In this document: positions 1-9,540 of the stretch, piece after piece
Position numbering within the stretch: the stretch's first letter is position 1
How the letters are laid out: each line of letters begins with the position of its first letter
Source of the DNA: an uncultured Candidatus Saccharibacteria bacterium
Lineage (GTDB): Bacteria > Patescibacteriota > Minisyncoccia > Phycocordibacterales > SBAW01
Direction of reading: 5' to 3'
Assembly (NCBI GenBank): GCA_964615415.1
Contig: CAZTNI010000003.1
Location: 15,235-79,234, forward strand
Length of the DNA stretch: 64,000 bases
Made by a program: the position numbers and the translations under genes
Notes under the pieces: generated by a model
What the model saw: the letters and a program-made list of their open reading frames with translations, nothing else
Databases searched by the model: none
Told to the model about the DNA's origin: nothing

Positions 1-2
1 TA

Positions 3-686
3 GTGCAGGCAATTTCTACGTACCTTGGCAAGTGGGCACGATCCCGTGGGTTTGTGGGCAAACTTGAAATTATTCCTAATGCGGTAGACACGCAGAAGTT
101 TGCTGGAGAAAAAATTCCACATACAGGGACGGTGCTTATAACCACGTCTCGTTTGGTGCATAAAAACGCAATAGACGATGTTATTCGTGCGCTCCCGTTA
201 TTGCCAGAGGAAGTGACATTTAAGATACTCGGTAGTGGACCGCTCGAAGCTGACCTTAAAGTCCTCACTCAAAAACTTGGATTAGAGTCGCGAGTGGTGT
301 TTGTAGGAAATGTGCCAAACTTCGAGCTCCCACACCATTTACACGCTGCTGATATTTTTATCCGCCCATCGCGCTCCGAAGGTATGGGCAACTCGTTTGT
401 AGAAGCGTTTGCTGCGGAGATCCCAGTCATTGCGACACAGGAGGGAGGTATTGCAGACTTTCTTTTTGACCCTGTACGGAATGTAGATAAAAAACCGACA
501 GGGTTTGCTGTCGATACAAACTCTCCGCAACAAATTGCAGATGCGGTTACTAAGATTATTAGTAACCCAAAGTTGGTGCGGGAGGTTGTAGAGAATGCGC
601 GTGCTTTGGTAACCCAGAAGTACGATTGGAATTTGATCGCAAAAGACATGCGTGAGCGCGTATTTTTACCTTGTTTTAAGCCCTGA
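3..686 (+). CDS. Glycosyltransferase family 4 (GT-B fold), C-terminal fragment; 5' end lies outside the window
   Basis: ORF runs in frame from the window edge to TGA at 684-686. C-terminal GT4 donor-binding motif ...RSEGMGNSFVEAFAAEIPVIAT (E-x7-E). Confidence 0.7.
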   Translation: MQAISTYLGKWARSRGFVGKLEIIPNAVDTQKFAGEKIPHTGTVLITTSRLVHKNAIDDVIRALPLLPEEVTFKILGSGPLEADLKVLTQKLGLESRVVFVGNVPNFELPHHLHAADIFIRPSRSEGMGNSFVEAFAAEIPVIATQEGGIADFLFDPVRNVDKKPTGFAVDTNSPQQIADAVTKIISNPKLVREVVENARALVTQKYDWNLIAKDMRERVFLPCFKP

Positions 687-708
687 AAATTGATACTCTA
701 AGCGCTAC

Positions 709-2679
709 ATGCGAGTACTTGTTCTCTCTACCGACTGGAACGTTTTTAATGAAGAAAGCGCGGTTGCGCGCCGTTTTCGTTTACAGGCTTCGACCATAGA
801 CCGGCTCGATGTGTTTGTACCACACGGACCTTCCCAAACGGTGCAGCTTGCAGGTAATGCAACGATGCGGGGCTTTGGACCTGGTCGTATACGTGGTGCG
901 GTGCGTATGTTTTTCTCGGCACGTAGTATTCCTCGCCCCGATGTTGTGTCAGTACAAGATCCGTTTCTTTTAGGCTTCCTCGGATGGATTATTGCGCGTG
1001 CGCGAGGTTCCCAATTGCATGTACAAGTGCACACTGATCTGTTCCATCAAAATTTTGCTGCACGTTCGCTCGGCAATCGCCTCAAAGTTCGTTTGGCAAA
1101 GTTTATGCTGCGTCGGGCAGATGGTGTACGTGTTGTATCAGAGCGCATTAAGCAATCTATGGAGCATCTCCATCTGCGTGCGCCTATCTCAGTGTTACCC
1201 GTATTTATCGATACGAAAGTTATTAAAGAAGCGCAGCCAATTGATAGACGTGTGCGCTACCCAGTATTTCAAAAAATCATTCTTGTAGTGTCGCGGTTAG
1301 AGCCAGAAAAAAATGTGTCGCTGGCTCTTAAGACATTTGCAGAAGTGCATGCAAAGGAACAACACGCTGGTCTTGTTATCCTTGGTGCTGGGTCGTTGCG
1401 CGGAGAGCTTGAGCAAGAGGTGCGTTCGCTTGGACTTGAAAAGTGGGTGGTGTTTGAAGGGGCCCAGAATCCATTTCCATTTTATAAGGCAGCAGATGCG
1501 TTACTACTCACGTCTCATTTTGAAGGGTACGGTATGGTTGTCGTTGAAGCCCTTACTGCTGGATGTCCTGTGGTGTCGCTCGATGTGGGCATTGCGGGCG
1601 AAGCTGGCGCTGTCGTTGTCGAGAAAAACAAGCTCGCAGAAGCTCTACTTCTTGTGGTACGTAAAGGCGCACGTGCACAATTGGCCTTTTCTCTCCCGTC
1701 AGAATCGGAATACCGTGACTTGTGGCGTACGCAAATAGTGCTTGGTGGAGCTTCTTCTACTTCTTTTTATACAAAACGAGATGCGGCAACCGATGTGCTT
1801 GTTGGATTTATCGGGCAAGGATTTATTGGTAAAAATTATGCCGATGACTTTGAGCGACGCGGGTTTAAAACGGTGCGCTATGCGCTCGAAGAGCCGTATC
1901 GGGCCAATAAAGACAAGATTAAAGACTGTGACATCGTATTTATTGCAGTCCCAACACCAACAACACCGGAAGGTTTTGATGACAGTATTGTGCGCAGCGC
2001 GGTGTCGTTGGTAGGAAAAGGGAAAACGGCAGTGATTAAATCAACAGTATTGCCGGGTACGACTGCAAGCATTCAGGCAGAGTACAAAGATGTTACCGTG
2101 CTGCACTCGCCAGAATTTTTAGCAGAAGTAACTGCCGCCTACGATGCTGCGCACCCGACTCGTAACATTGTCGGTATGCCGACTCCGTCAGAAGAGGCTC
2201 GTACAAAAGCGGAGCAAGTGTTGCGTGTGTTGCCCCAAGCTCCATACGAAATCGTGTGCTCCTCAAAAGAGTCTGAGCTTATTAAGTACATTAATAACAC
2301 AATGCTGACCCAGAAGGTGGTGTACGTAAACTTGATGTACGACCTTGCGAAGAAGCTTGGTACAGACTACGAAACGATTCGCGATGCGGTGGGGGCAGAT
2401 CCACGTATTGGACGCTCACACCTCGACCCAGTGCACAAAAGTGGGCACCCAGGAGCGCCTCTTGGTCGCGGCGCAGGAGGACATTGTTTTATTAAAGACT
2501 TTGAAGCGCTGCGTCGACTCTATAAACAAGAAGTAGGCGACCAGTATGGTTCGCGTCTTATGGATGCGATCGCAGAAGAAAATCTGTATCTGCTTCTGTC
2601 GAGTCAAAAAGATCGGGATTTGGTGGAAGGGGTGTACGGCAAGGACATCGAGAAAGACATTCTCGGTAAACTCTCATGA
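709..2679 (+). CDS. Fusion protein: N-terminal GT4 glycosyltransferase joined to a truncated UDP-glucose/GDP-mannose dehydrogenase-family domain (NAD-binding plus catalytic-Cys region, no C-terminal UDP-binding domain)
   Basis: 656-aa ORF. Residues 1-~330 carry GT4 motifs (EPEKNVSLALKTF..., HFEGYGMVVVEALTAGCPVV). Residues ~350-656 carry a Rossmann GFIGQGFIGKN motif, KSTVLPGTT, and the UDPGDH-type active site GAGGHCFIKD. The stop overlaps the next ATG (ATGA at 2676-2679). Confidence 0.7.
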   Translation: MRVLVLSTDWNVFNEESAVARRFRLQASTIDRLDVFVPHGPSQTVQLAGNATMRGFGPGRIRGAVRMFFSARSIPRPDVVSVQDPFLLGFLGWIIARARGSQLHVQVHTDLFHQNFAARSLGNRLKVRLAKFMLRRADGVRVVSERIKQSMEHLHLRAPISVLPVFIDTKVIKEAQPIDRRVRYPVFQKIILVVSRLEPEKNVSLALKTFAEVHAKEQHAGLVILGAGSLRGELEQEVRSLGLEKWVVFEGAQNPFPFYKAADALLLTSHFEGYGMVVVEALTAGCPVVSLDVGIAGEAGAVVVEKNKLAEALLLVVRKGARAQLAFSLPSESEYRDLWRTQIVLGGASSTSFYTKRDAATDVLVGFIGQGFIGKNYADDFERRGFKTVRYALEEPYRANKDKIKDCDIVFIAVPTPTTPEGFDDSIVRSAVSLVGKGKTAVIKSTVLPGTTASIQAEYKDVTVLHSPEFLAEVTAAYDAAHPTRNIVGMPTPSEEARTKAEQVLRVLPQAPYEIVCSSKESELIKYINNTMLTQKVVYVNLMYDLAKKLGTDYETIRDAVGADPRIGRSHLDPVHKSGHPGAPLGRGAGGHCFIKDFEALRRLYKQEVGDQYGSRLMDAIAEENLYLLLSSQKDRDLVEGVYGKDIEKDILGKLS

Positions 2680-3572
2680 AGCTCCTTATTTGCACACAGG
2701 CGGTCGACAAGCAGGACCCGGTACTCGGGTTCTTTCATCGCTGGATAGAAGAGTTTGCACAACACTGCGAAGAGGTAGTGGTCGTAGCGCAGCGCATTGG
2801 CGACTACTCGCTTCCTGCGAATGTAAAAGTCTATTCTTTGGGGAAAGAAAAAGGTTTGTCGCGACCGGCTCAAGCGGTACATTTTTTTAAACTCATCAGT
2901 AAAGAGCGAAACAATTACGACTCTGTGTTGGTGCATATGAGCCCCGAGTATGTGCTCGCGGGAGGTTTGTTGTGGCGCGTGTTCCGTAAAAGAATCGTCC
3001 TGTGGTATACCCACAAAGATGTGTCTTTGAGACTGCGAATCGCGACTGTATTAGCGGATCGCATTTTAACGGCGTCGAAAGAAAGTTTCCGCTTGCCAAG
3101 CACAAAAGTTCGGGTCATGGGACATGGTATTGATACACGGTTTTTTATTGCGGACACTTCAGTAGAACGCGAAGGTTTTCTCTTGTCGGTAGGAAGGCTT
3201 ATGAAAACAAAACGCCATGACCTTGCGCTCCAGGCTGCAAAAAAAATGGGAAAGCCGCTCCATATTGTCGGTGAAGGGCCCGAACGTGCTCATTTGGAAA
3301 AGATAGCCGACGAAATGGGAGTGGAAACGGTGTTTGTTGGAGGGGTGTCGCAAAGCAGGGTGCGAGACGAGTATCGAAAGGCAGAACTGCTACTGCATTT
3401 TAGCGAGACCGGAAGCCTCGACAAGGTAGTGCTCGAGGCGTTGGCGTGCGGGCTGCCTATCCGCACTACTGACCCGGCATTGCAGTTTCTTGAATCAAAA
3501 GATGCTTCATATGTTGCAGAACACCACTCGCTCTCGCGCTTAATTCCAGCTATTCTTAAGGAACTCGTATGA
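2676..3572 (+). CDS. Glycosyltransferase family 4
   Basis: 298 aa. E-x7-E motif FSETGSLDKVVLEALACGLP. Translationally coupled upstream and downstream by ATGA overlaps. Confidence 0.7.
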   Translation: MKLLICTQAVDKQDPVLGFFHRWIEEFAQHCEEVVVVAQRIGDYSLPANVKVYSLGKEKGLSRPAQAVHFFKLISKERNNYDSVLVHMSPEYVLAGGLLWRVFRKRIVLWYTHKDVSLRLRIATVLADRILTASKESFRLPSTKVRVMGHGIDTRFFIADTSVEREGFLLSVGRLMKTKRHDLALQAAKKMGKPLHIVGEGPERAHLEKIADEMGVETVFVGGVSQSRVRDEYRKAELLLHFSETGSLDKVVLEALACGLPIRTTDPALQFLESKDASYVAEHHSLSRLIPAILKELV

Positions 3573-4198
3573 AAGAACATACAGTACAGGTAGGGAAGGA
3601 ACATTACGGTTTCCGTCGATACTGCTATCCAGATCGATGGGCAAGTTATTATCACCAACTCGAAGAAATTGTTGCTACAAAACCGACGAGCGTACTCGAA
3701 ATAGGCGCTGGAGACGAGACAGTAAAGCGTTATATGCAAAAACTTGGGGTGGGGAAGTATGTCACGATGGACATTGCCGATGACTTGGCACCGGATATAA
3801 AAGGATCTATTACTGCTATCCCGCTAGAAGATAAATCCTTCGACACGGTGTGTGCATTTGAAGTGCTAGAGCATATTCCGTTTGAGGAAGTATCGCAAGC
3901 GCTTTCTGAGCTTGCGCGTGTTGCAAAAAAGTATGTGCTGGTCAGTGTGCCGCACTTCGGTCCCCCGGTACGCGTGCAGATTAAGATTCCTTTTTTGCCT
4001 CAACTGACACTGTTCAAAAAAATCCCATTCCCTAAGACGCATGTATTCAACGGGCAGCATTATTGGGAACTAGGAAAAAAAGGATATCCCGTGCGTCGAC
4101 TGCGTGAACTTATGCGCGACACATTTTCAATTGAGAAAGAGTTTGTGCCTGACGATAACGCCTACCACCACTTCTTTGTACTGCGTCCACTCGTATGA
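3569..4198 (+). CDS. Class I SAM-dependent methyltransferase
   Basis: 209 aa. SAM motif I VLEIGAGDETV and motif II/III region DTVCAFEVLEHIPFEE. Confidence 0.65.
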   Translation: MKEHTVQVGKEHYGFRRYCYPDRWASYYHQLEEIVATKPTSVLEIGAGDETVKRYMQKLGVGKYVTMDIADDLAPDIKGSITAIPLEDKSFDTVCAFEVLEHIPFEEVSQALSELARVAKKYVLVSVPHFGPPVRVQIKIPFLPQLTLFKKIPFPKTHVFNGQHYWELGKKGYPVRRLRELMRDTFSIEKEFVPDDNAYHHFFVLRPLV

Positions 4199-5136
4199 TA
4201 TTGAAACGCTTTCTTTCTCCGACTGCCTACCGCGAGCTGTGGTATTTCTACTATCACTGCATTGTGTATAAAAAGCCGCATGAATATCCGGCTTATTTTT
4301 ATAATCGATTCTTTATAAAAAAGAAGATACGTCGCGTCTCGCACCCTTTTGATCGTGCTCCAGACGATCTGTCGTACTCAATCCATCTCCTCTGTTCGCA
4401 TCGCGATGTAGATTTGCTGTTATGGTCCCTTGCTAGCTGGTATCGAGTAACGCCTGCTTCTGGAAAAGTATATATCCACGAAGATGGAAGTTTTACACCA
4501 GAAGATCGTGCAGTGGTGGCGCGACTCTTGCCGCATGCCCGAATAATTGATTTTGCCTGGGCGACAAGGGAAGCACACGATGTGTGGCTGAAAGATTTTC
4601 CAAAAGCGCGGGCACTTCGTGATAACTACGCGAAGCATGTGCTCATCGTCAAACTTATTGACCAATTATTTGTTAGCACTGCGCCGAAACGGCTTATTCT
4701 TGATACTGATTTGTTATGGTTTAACGAGCCAAAAGAGCTTCTTGAAGCAATCCAGCTCAATAAGGCATCTGTATTTCAGTACGGCGGCGAAATGCCCGAT
4801 CCGTTTCGTTTTGCTAATGGAGAGGTACTCGACTTGAAACTTCAAGTCCTTAACTCGGGCGTTGTGATATATGATCTGAAAAATTTTTCACTGAAAGATG
4901 TGGAAGAATATGCTGCAAAGATAGACCCAACTACGTTCCGGCACTTTGTAGAGCAGGTGGGGTACGGGTGGGTGCTTTCACGTTCTGGCGCGCCTATCAC
5001 AATGCTTTCTAAAGAACAGTACACGGTGTTTGGTGCCGTAACAAAAACGATTACCCTGAAGCACTTTACCGGACCACGTCGAGAAGATTTTTGGCGAGAA
5101 GGTGTGAGTGTGCTTGCTCCCGCATTACTCAAATGA
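4195..5136 (+). CDS. Hypothetical protein, possibly a GT-A-like glycosyltransferase (DXD-like motif LILDTDLLW)
   Basis: 313-aa ORF coupled to both neighbours. No strongly recognisable family. A DTD motif is preceded by hydrophobic beta-strand residues. Confidence 0.35.
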   Translation: MILKRFLSPTAYRELWYFYYHCIVYKKPHEYPAYFYNRFFIKKKIRRVSHPFDRAPDDLSYSIHLLCSHRDVDLLLWSLASWYRVTPASGKVYIHEDGSFTPEDRAVVARLLPHARIIDFAWATREAHDVWLKDFPKARALRDNYAKHVLIVKLIDQLFVSTAPKRLILDTDLLWFNEPKELLEAIQLNKASVFQYGGEMPDPFRFANGEVLDLKLQVLNSGVVIYDLKNFSLKDVEEYAAKIDPTTFRHFVEQVGYGWVLSRSGAPITMLSKEQYTVFGAVTKTITLKHFTGPRREDFWREGVSVLAPALLK

Positions 5137-6248
5137 ATATTGCATACGTAGCAAATATACGCATTCCGACAGAAAAAGCGCATGGGTATCAAATTATGCG
5201 CGTGTGTTCTGAACTTGCACGGCAGGGTCACCAAGTTTCGTTATATGTGCCTACACGCACAAATGCCATACCTGAGGATCCGTTTGCGTTTTATGGAGTA
5301 GAGAAAAATTTCTCGCTTATACTCGTGCCGTGTTTTGACTGGATTCGGTTTGTAAAAGTGTTTGGACCTCTTGCATTTCGTCTACAAATGATTTCTTTCG
5401 TGCGAGCGTTGCGCGCTATGCGTATCGCAAAAGACACGCTGGTGTACACTCGGGATGCAGAAGTAGTTTGGGCACTAGGAGAAGCAGGGTACTCGTGTGT
5501 CTATAATGCGCACAATTGGTCTACAGGAGGACGTGCTCAAAGGCTGCTGGCGCGGGTAAAAGGTGTGGTTTGTAATTCTGCAGGTACAGAGGAAGCAGTG
5601 CGTGCGGACATGTCGGTACCGACTGTTGTGGCTTCGAATGCGTCTGATTCAAATCCATATCTTGGCTACGATAAAACAATTTTACGAAAGGAATTAGGCT
5701 TGCCCCAAGATTCCTTTCTTGTTATGTATGCGGGGCATTTGTATGGATGGAAGGGCGCACACGTGCTTCTTGAGGCGGCAAAAGTAACTTCAGACATGAT
5801 GTTTGTATTCGTAGGCGGAACGATAGAAGATGTAGCATGGGCTCGTAAAGAATATGAAAACGTTTCAAACATACTCATTCTTGGTCATAGACCAAAAACG
5901 GAAGTACCTAAGTATCTTGCAGCGGCGGACGCGCTCGTGTTGCCTAATGTTGGTTCAACAGAAGAGTCAATAAAATTTACCTCGCCGCTTAAATTGTTTG
6001 AATATATTGCGTCAGGAGTACCGGTGGTCGCTTCTGACCTACCTTCAGTACGAAGTGTAATAGGAGAGAACGAAGTGTTCTTTTTTCCTCCTGGTAATGT
6101 GGAAGCGTTAGCGAATGTTCTTGGGTACATACAGACGCATAGCGTAGAGGCGCAGAGTGTGGCAACGCGAGCTCTGGAGGTGTCTGGGCGATATACCTGG
6201 GATGCGCATGTGCGTAACCTTATCACTTTTTTTCAATCCGTACTGTAA
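5133..6248 (+). CDS. Glycosyltransferase family 4
   Basis: ATG at 5133 overlaps the upstream TGA. N-terminus MNIAYVANIRIPTEKAHGYQI is typical of GT4. C-terminal E-x7-E region FEYIASGVPVVASDLPS. Confidence 0.7.
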   Translation: MNIAYVANIRIPTEKAHGYQIMRVCSELARQGHQVSLYVPTRTNAIPEDPFAFYGVEKNFSLILVPCFDWIRFVKVFGPLAFRLQMISFVRALRAMRIAKDTLVYTRDAEVVWALGEAGYSCVYNAHNWSTGGRAQRLLARVKGVVCNSAGTEEAVRADMSVPTVVASNASDSNPYLGYDKTILRKELGLPQDSFLVMYAGHLYGWKGAHVLLEAAKVTSDMMFVFVGGTIEDVAWARKEYENVSNILILGHRPKTEVPKYLAAADALVLPNVGSTEESIKFTSPLKLFEYIASGVPVVASDLPSVRSVIGENEVFFFPPGNVEALANVLGYIQTHSVEAQSVATRALEVSGRYTWDAHVRNLITFFQSVL

Positions 6249-6253
6249 AATCT

Positions 6254-6682
6254 ATGGGACGTATGTTTATACAAACTCTCCTGCGCTCAACGGTGATACG
6301 CTATGCAATTGCGGGCGCAACTGCCTCGATTCTTGATGTTGTCTTGCTCTACGTCTTTACTGAGTTTGCCGGAGTCTACTACCTTTTTTCAGCAGTGTTA
6401 GGTACCACCATTTCTTTTTTTGCACGATTCCTTTTGCAAAAACTGTTTGCGTTTCGAAATCGTTCGGTACGCGTGTTGCCAAGACAAATTGCATTATATG
6501 GGCTTCTATACATAGGAGCTACTCTTGCCACGTTAAGTCTGCTCTATGTATTTACTGAGGTGGTAGGGTGGTGGTACATCGCTTCGCAAGTTGCTGCTAT
6601 ACTAGCTGTTGCATCCGTAAGTTTTTTTATATACCGCTACGTTGTCTTTCCTGCCACTCATGCGCAACCTATTCAGCACTAA
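6254..6682 (+). CDS. GtrA-family small membrane protein (polyprenyl-phosphate-sugar translocation-associated)
   Basis: 142 aa with 4 predicted TM segments. GtrA signature IRYAIAGATASILDVVLLYVFTE...FFARFLLQKLFAFRN. Confidence 0.7.
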   Translation: MGRMFIQTLLRSTVIRYAIAGATASILDVVLLYVFTEFAGVYYLFSAVLGTTISFFARFLLQKLFAFRNRSVRVLPRQIALYGLLYIGATLATLSLLYVFTEVVGWWYIASQVAAILAVASVSFFIYRYVVFPATHAQPIQH

Positions 6683-8072
6683 CGTTTTTCGTATAAGTGT
6701 GGGCATCTTTTTGCTCGCGTTTCTTGCACGAGTTTTACTTTTTGCTATCGATTATCGTGCAAGTAATTATGACCTACGCGCCACTATTGTTGGTGACGAC
6801 GGGTACTATCAGATAACAGAAGGGATATTGTCGGGTAAGGGCTTTAGTGGAGACCCTACTCCTCCGTACGATCCAAACCCATTGCGTACCCCAGGGTATC
6901 CGTATTTTGCCGCTTTGTTGCTCGCAATAACGGGCTCGTACTGGGCGACGATTGTGGTGCAAATGCTTGTGGGGAGTGGTACCGCAGTACTTGCCTTCTT
7001 GCTTGGGCGACGTCTCCTTGGCTCACTTTCATGGTCTGCTGCTATAGGTGTGTTTATGGCACTTGAGCCGTACCATGTGCAGTTTTCTTTTATCTTCTAT
7101 ACAGAAACGTTATTTATTTTCTGTTTCTTGCTATTTGCTTGGCAGTTTGTGCGGTATATCGACCGCCCTTCATTGCAGAATATTTTTTTTGCAGGAGGAC
7201 TCTTGGGTATTGCAACACTTGTTAAAACCACGCCACAGTTTTTACCCCTCCTCCTTGTGCCGTTAGTGCTTTGGCATTTTCGTCGTAATCTGCGAGTAGG
7301 TATGGTACACGCAATGGTGTTTGGTGCAGTATTTCTACTCGTGCTCGCGCCATGGATGTACCGTAACTACCAAACCTTTGGTGTTGTTGGCATGACCGCA
7401 CAGCCAGCCTATAACCTTATTATCTACCTTGTGCCTTCAGTATTGGCTGTAGAGGGAGGGTATCCGATAGGAGAAAGCACCTTTGTTAAAGACAACAACA
7501 TTGATGAAAATGACATTACGCTCGCCACTGCTCAGCGATACAAAGATCAAGCGATTGATATTCTTACGCAGCATCCGGTTGGTATATTCAAAGTTACCCT
7601 TATTAGCATATTCACATTCTTTGCGCATGACGGTATGCTCACCGTCTTGCAGCATGCGGGCTATATACCCGCTACAAAACTTTCTCAACCTGCAGCAGTG
7701 TTGCTCGTAACTAATCCAGGACTGTTGGTTAAAGAAGTCGCGGCCCGATTAATGGGGCCAGAGGGTTTAATTGTTTTTTGGCGCTTGGTAAACCTTGCTA
7801 TTGGAGTGTTGTTTGTAGTGGGGGCGTGCATGGTTGTGTTTCGAAAAAAACACGCAGCGGTATGGATCTTCAGTCTAGTCCTGGTTGCGTATTTTGTTGC
7901 TACTACGCCAATAAATGGTCTCGGTGTCAATGCTCGGTTCCGTATGCCGGTTGAGCCGTTTATATTGGCTGTGGCAGCTTTGCCGGCCATTGTGGTATGG
8001 CGACGCTTAAGGCATACTGGGGGGCGCCATATACCGCATGAACAAACTCTCGATAGTCATCCCTTGCTATAA
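6660..8072 (+). CDS. Polytopic membrane glycosyltransferase with GT-C fold (GT39/PMT- or ArnT/GT83-like)
   Basis: ATG at 6660 (the track start at 6642 is TTG). At least 11 hydrophobic segments. The N-terminal loop DYRASNYDL...[18 protein letters not shown]...PGYPYF resembles the PMT_2/ArnT first periplasmic loop. It is flanked by GtrA and a Dpm1-like GT2. Confidence 0.55.
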   Translation: MRNLFSTNVFRISVGIFLLAFLARVLLFAIDYRASNYDLRATIVGDDGYYQITEGILSGKGFSGDPTPPYDPNPLRTPGYPYFAALLLAITGSYWATIVVQMLVGSGTAVLAFLLGRRLLGSLSWSAAIGVFMALEPYHVQFSFIFYTETLFIFCFLLFAWQFVRYIDRPSLQNIFFAGGLLGIATLVKTTPQFLPLLLVPLVLWHFRRNLRVGMVHAMVFGAVFLLVLAPWMYRNYQTFGVVGMTAQPAYNLIIYLVPSVLAVEGGYPIGESTFVKDNNIDENDITLATAQRYKDQAIDILTQHPVGIFKVTLISIFTFFAHDGMLTVLQHAGYIPATKLSQPAAVLLVTNPGLLVKEVAARLMGPEGLIVFWRLVNLAIGVLFVVGACMVVFRKKHAAVWIFSLVLVAYFVATTPINGLGVNARFRMPVEPFILAVAALPAIVVWRRLRHTGGRHIPHEQTLDSHPLL

Positions 8073-9540
8073 CGAACGCGCGACCGTAGTAGAGCTATTG
8101 CAAAAAGTACTTGCTGTCTCTTTGCCGAATGGTTGGGAGAAAGAAGTTATTGTGGTGGATGATGCATCTCAAGACGGCACGCGAGATATCCTTGTTGCTG
8201 CGAATCTGCCTGTAAAACTTTTTTTACAGGGGGAAAATGCCGGAAAAGGCGCTGCCTTGCGTCGAGGTTTTGCAGAAGTAACAGGCACGCATGTTCTTAT
8301 TCAAGATGCGGATCTTGAATATGATCCCCAAGACATTCCTGCACTCTTGCGCGCACTGACGCCACAGACACAAGTGGTGTATGGATCGCGCAATTTGCAT
8401 GTACACAAGCGCAAAGGGTTTCTTATTCCACGCATAGGAGTGTGGTTTATAACCAAGCTCATAAATACTCTCTACTGGGTACGACTTACCGATGTGTGGA
8501 CCTGTTACAAGCTATTCCCAGCAAAAGAGGCCTACTTATTTCAAGCAGGGAAGTTCGATTCAGAGCTCCTGTTTACTGCGGCACTTTTGCGTAAAAAATA
8601 TAAAATAGCTGAAGTTCCTATCGCACATTATCCTCGCGATGCGGCGCATGGTAAAAAAATTCGCTATCGCGACGGTGTGTCAGCAATTATCAAAATAGTT
8701 CTCGATTTCCTTGCACATATGCGCTCGCCTGAGGCGTACACAGCGCAAGATGTTTCGAAGTTTCTTATTGCAAAGTATCCAAAAGATGCGCAAGGAAGAG
8801 TGCTTGCGATGCCTGCTGCCTCACTTCAATCCTTTGATGATGAACATCAGAGCGGCATTAACTGGTTGAAGTCTTTTTTAAAGCAGTTTCCGACCCTTTA
8901 CTACGCCATTTGGCATGTGTTCTGTCCGGCATTGATGGTTGTGAACGGCCCAAAACGTATTTTTACATATAGAGAACGCGGAGGGCTCCTCCTTGATGTG
9001 GGTTCTGGTCCTGAGCGTATAGGCAAAGAATTTATAAACATAGACGTAGTGCCGTTTCCGCAAGTTGATGTGGTGGCAGATGCACACAGATTGCCATTTA
9101 AAGATGGAGTGGCAGATGCAGTGGTAAGTGAGTCTGTGTTGGAACACGTTGCGGATGCCCAGGCGGTTGCAAATGAAATGGTGCGGGTGCTCAAGCCGGG
9201 CGGCATACTGTACACGAGTATTCCGTTTATCCACCCGTTCCATGCGTCGCCAGACGATTTTAATCGTCTTACGGTAAGCGGTCTTAAGCACGTGTTCCGT
9301 GACCTGGAGATTATTGAAAGCGGGGTGCGGTCAGGCCCGTGGAGTGCATTTCTTTTATTCTTTGCGTACTGGCTCGGGATCCTATTTTCATTTGGGTCTG
9401 AAAAAGTGGCACCATTCTTGGCGCATATCTTCATGCTTATACTCGGACCGCTCAAGTTTCTTGATATATTGTTTGTATACTTGCCTGGTACGGAAGCGGT
9501 TGCAGCTCATGTGTATGTCATTGGGCGGAAGCGAATGTAA
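8038..9540 (+). CDS. GT2 polyprenyl-phosphate sugar synthase (Dpm1/GtrB-like) fused to a C-terminal class I SAM methyltransferase domain
   Basis: N-terminus [14 protein letters not shown]...[12 protein letters not shown]...[10 protein letters not shown]-terminal half [12 protein letters not shown]...[25 protein letters not shown] (Methyltransf_11-like), followed by hydrophobic segments. Confidence 0.65.
   Translation: MNKLSIVIPCYNERATVVELLQKVLAVSLPNGWEKEVIVVDDASQDGTRDILVAANLPVKLFLQGENAGKGAALRRGFAEVTGTHVLIQDADLEYDPQDIPALLRALTPQTQVVYGSRNLHVHKRKGFLIPRIGVWFITKLINTLYWVRLTDVWTCYKLFPAKEAYLFQAGKFDSELLFTAALLRKKYKIAEVPIAHYPRDAAHGKKIRYRDGVSAIIKIVLDFLAHMRSPEAYTAQDVSKFLIAKYPKDAQGRVLAMPAASLQSFDDEHQSGINWLKSFLKQFPTLYYAIWHVFCPALMVVNGPKRIFTYRERGGLLLDVGSGPERIGKEFINIDVVPFPQVDVVADAHRLPFKDGVADAVVSESVLEHVADAQAVANEMVRVLKPGGILYTSIPFIHPFHASPDDFNRLTVSGLKHVFRDLEIIESGVRSGPWSAFLLFFAYWLGILFSFGSEKVAPFLAHIFMLILGPLKFLDILFVYLPGTEAVAAHVYVIGRKRM

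Noticed and set aside
992-2072. Several 60-140-aa ORFs nested in alternate frames of the GT4-dehydrogenase fusion gene (992-1288, 1313-1738, 1742-2014, 1878-2072)
   Set aside because: They are nested within a strongly supported 656-aa CDS and lack independent evidence.
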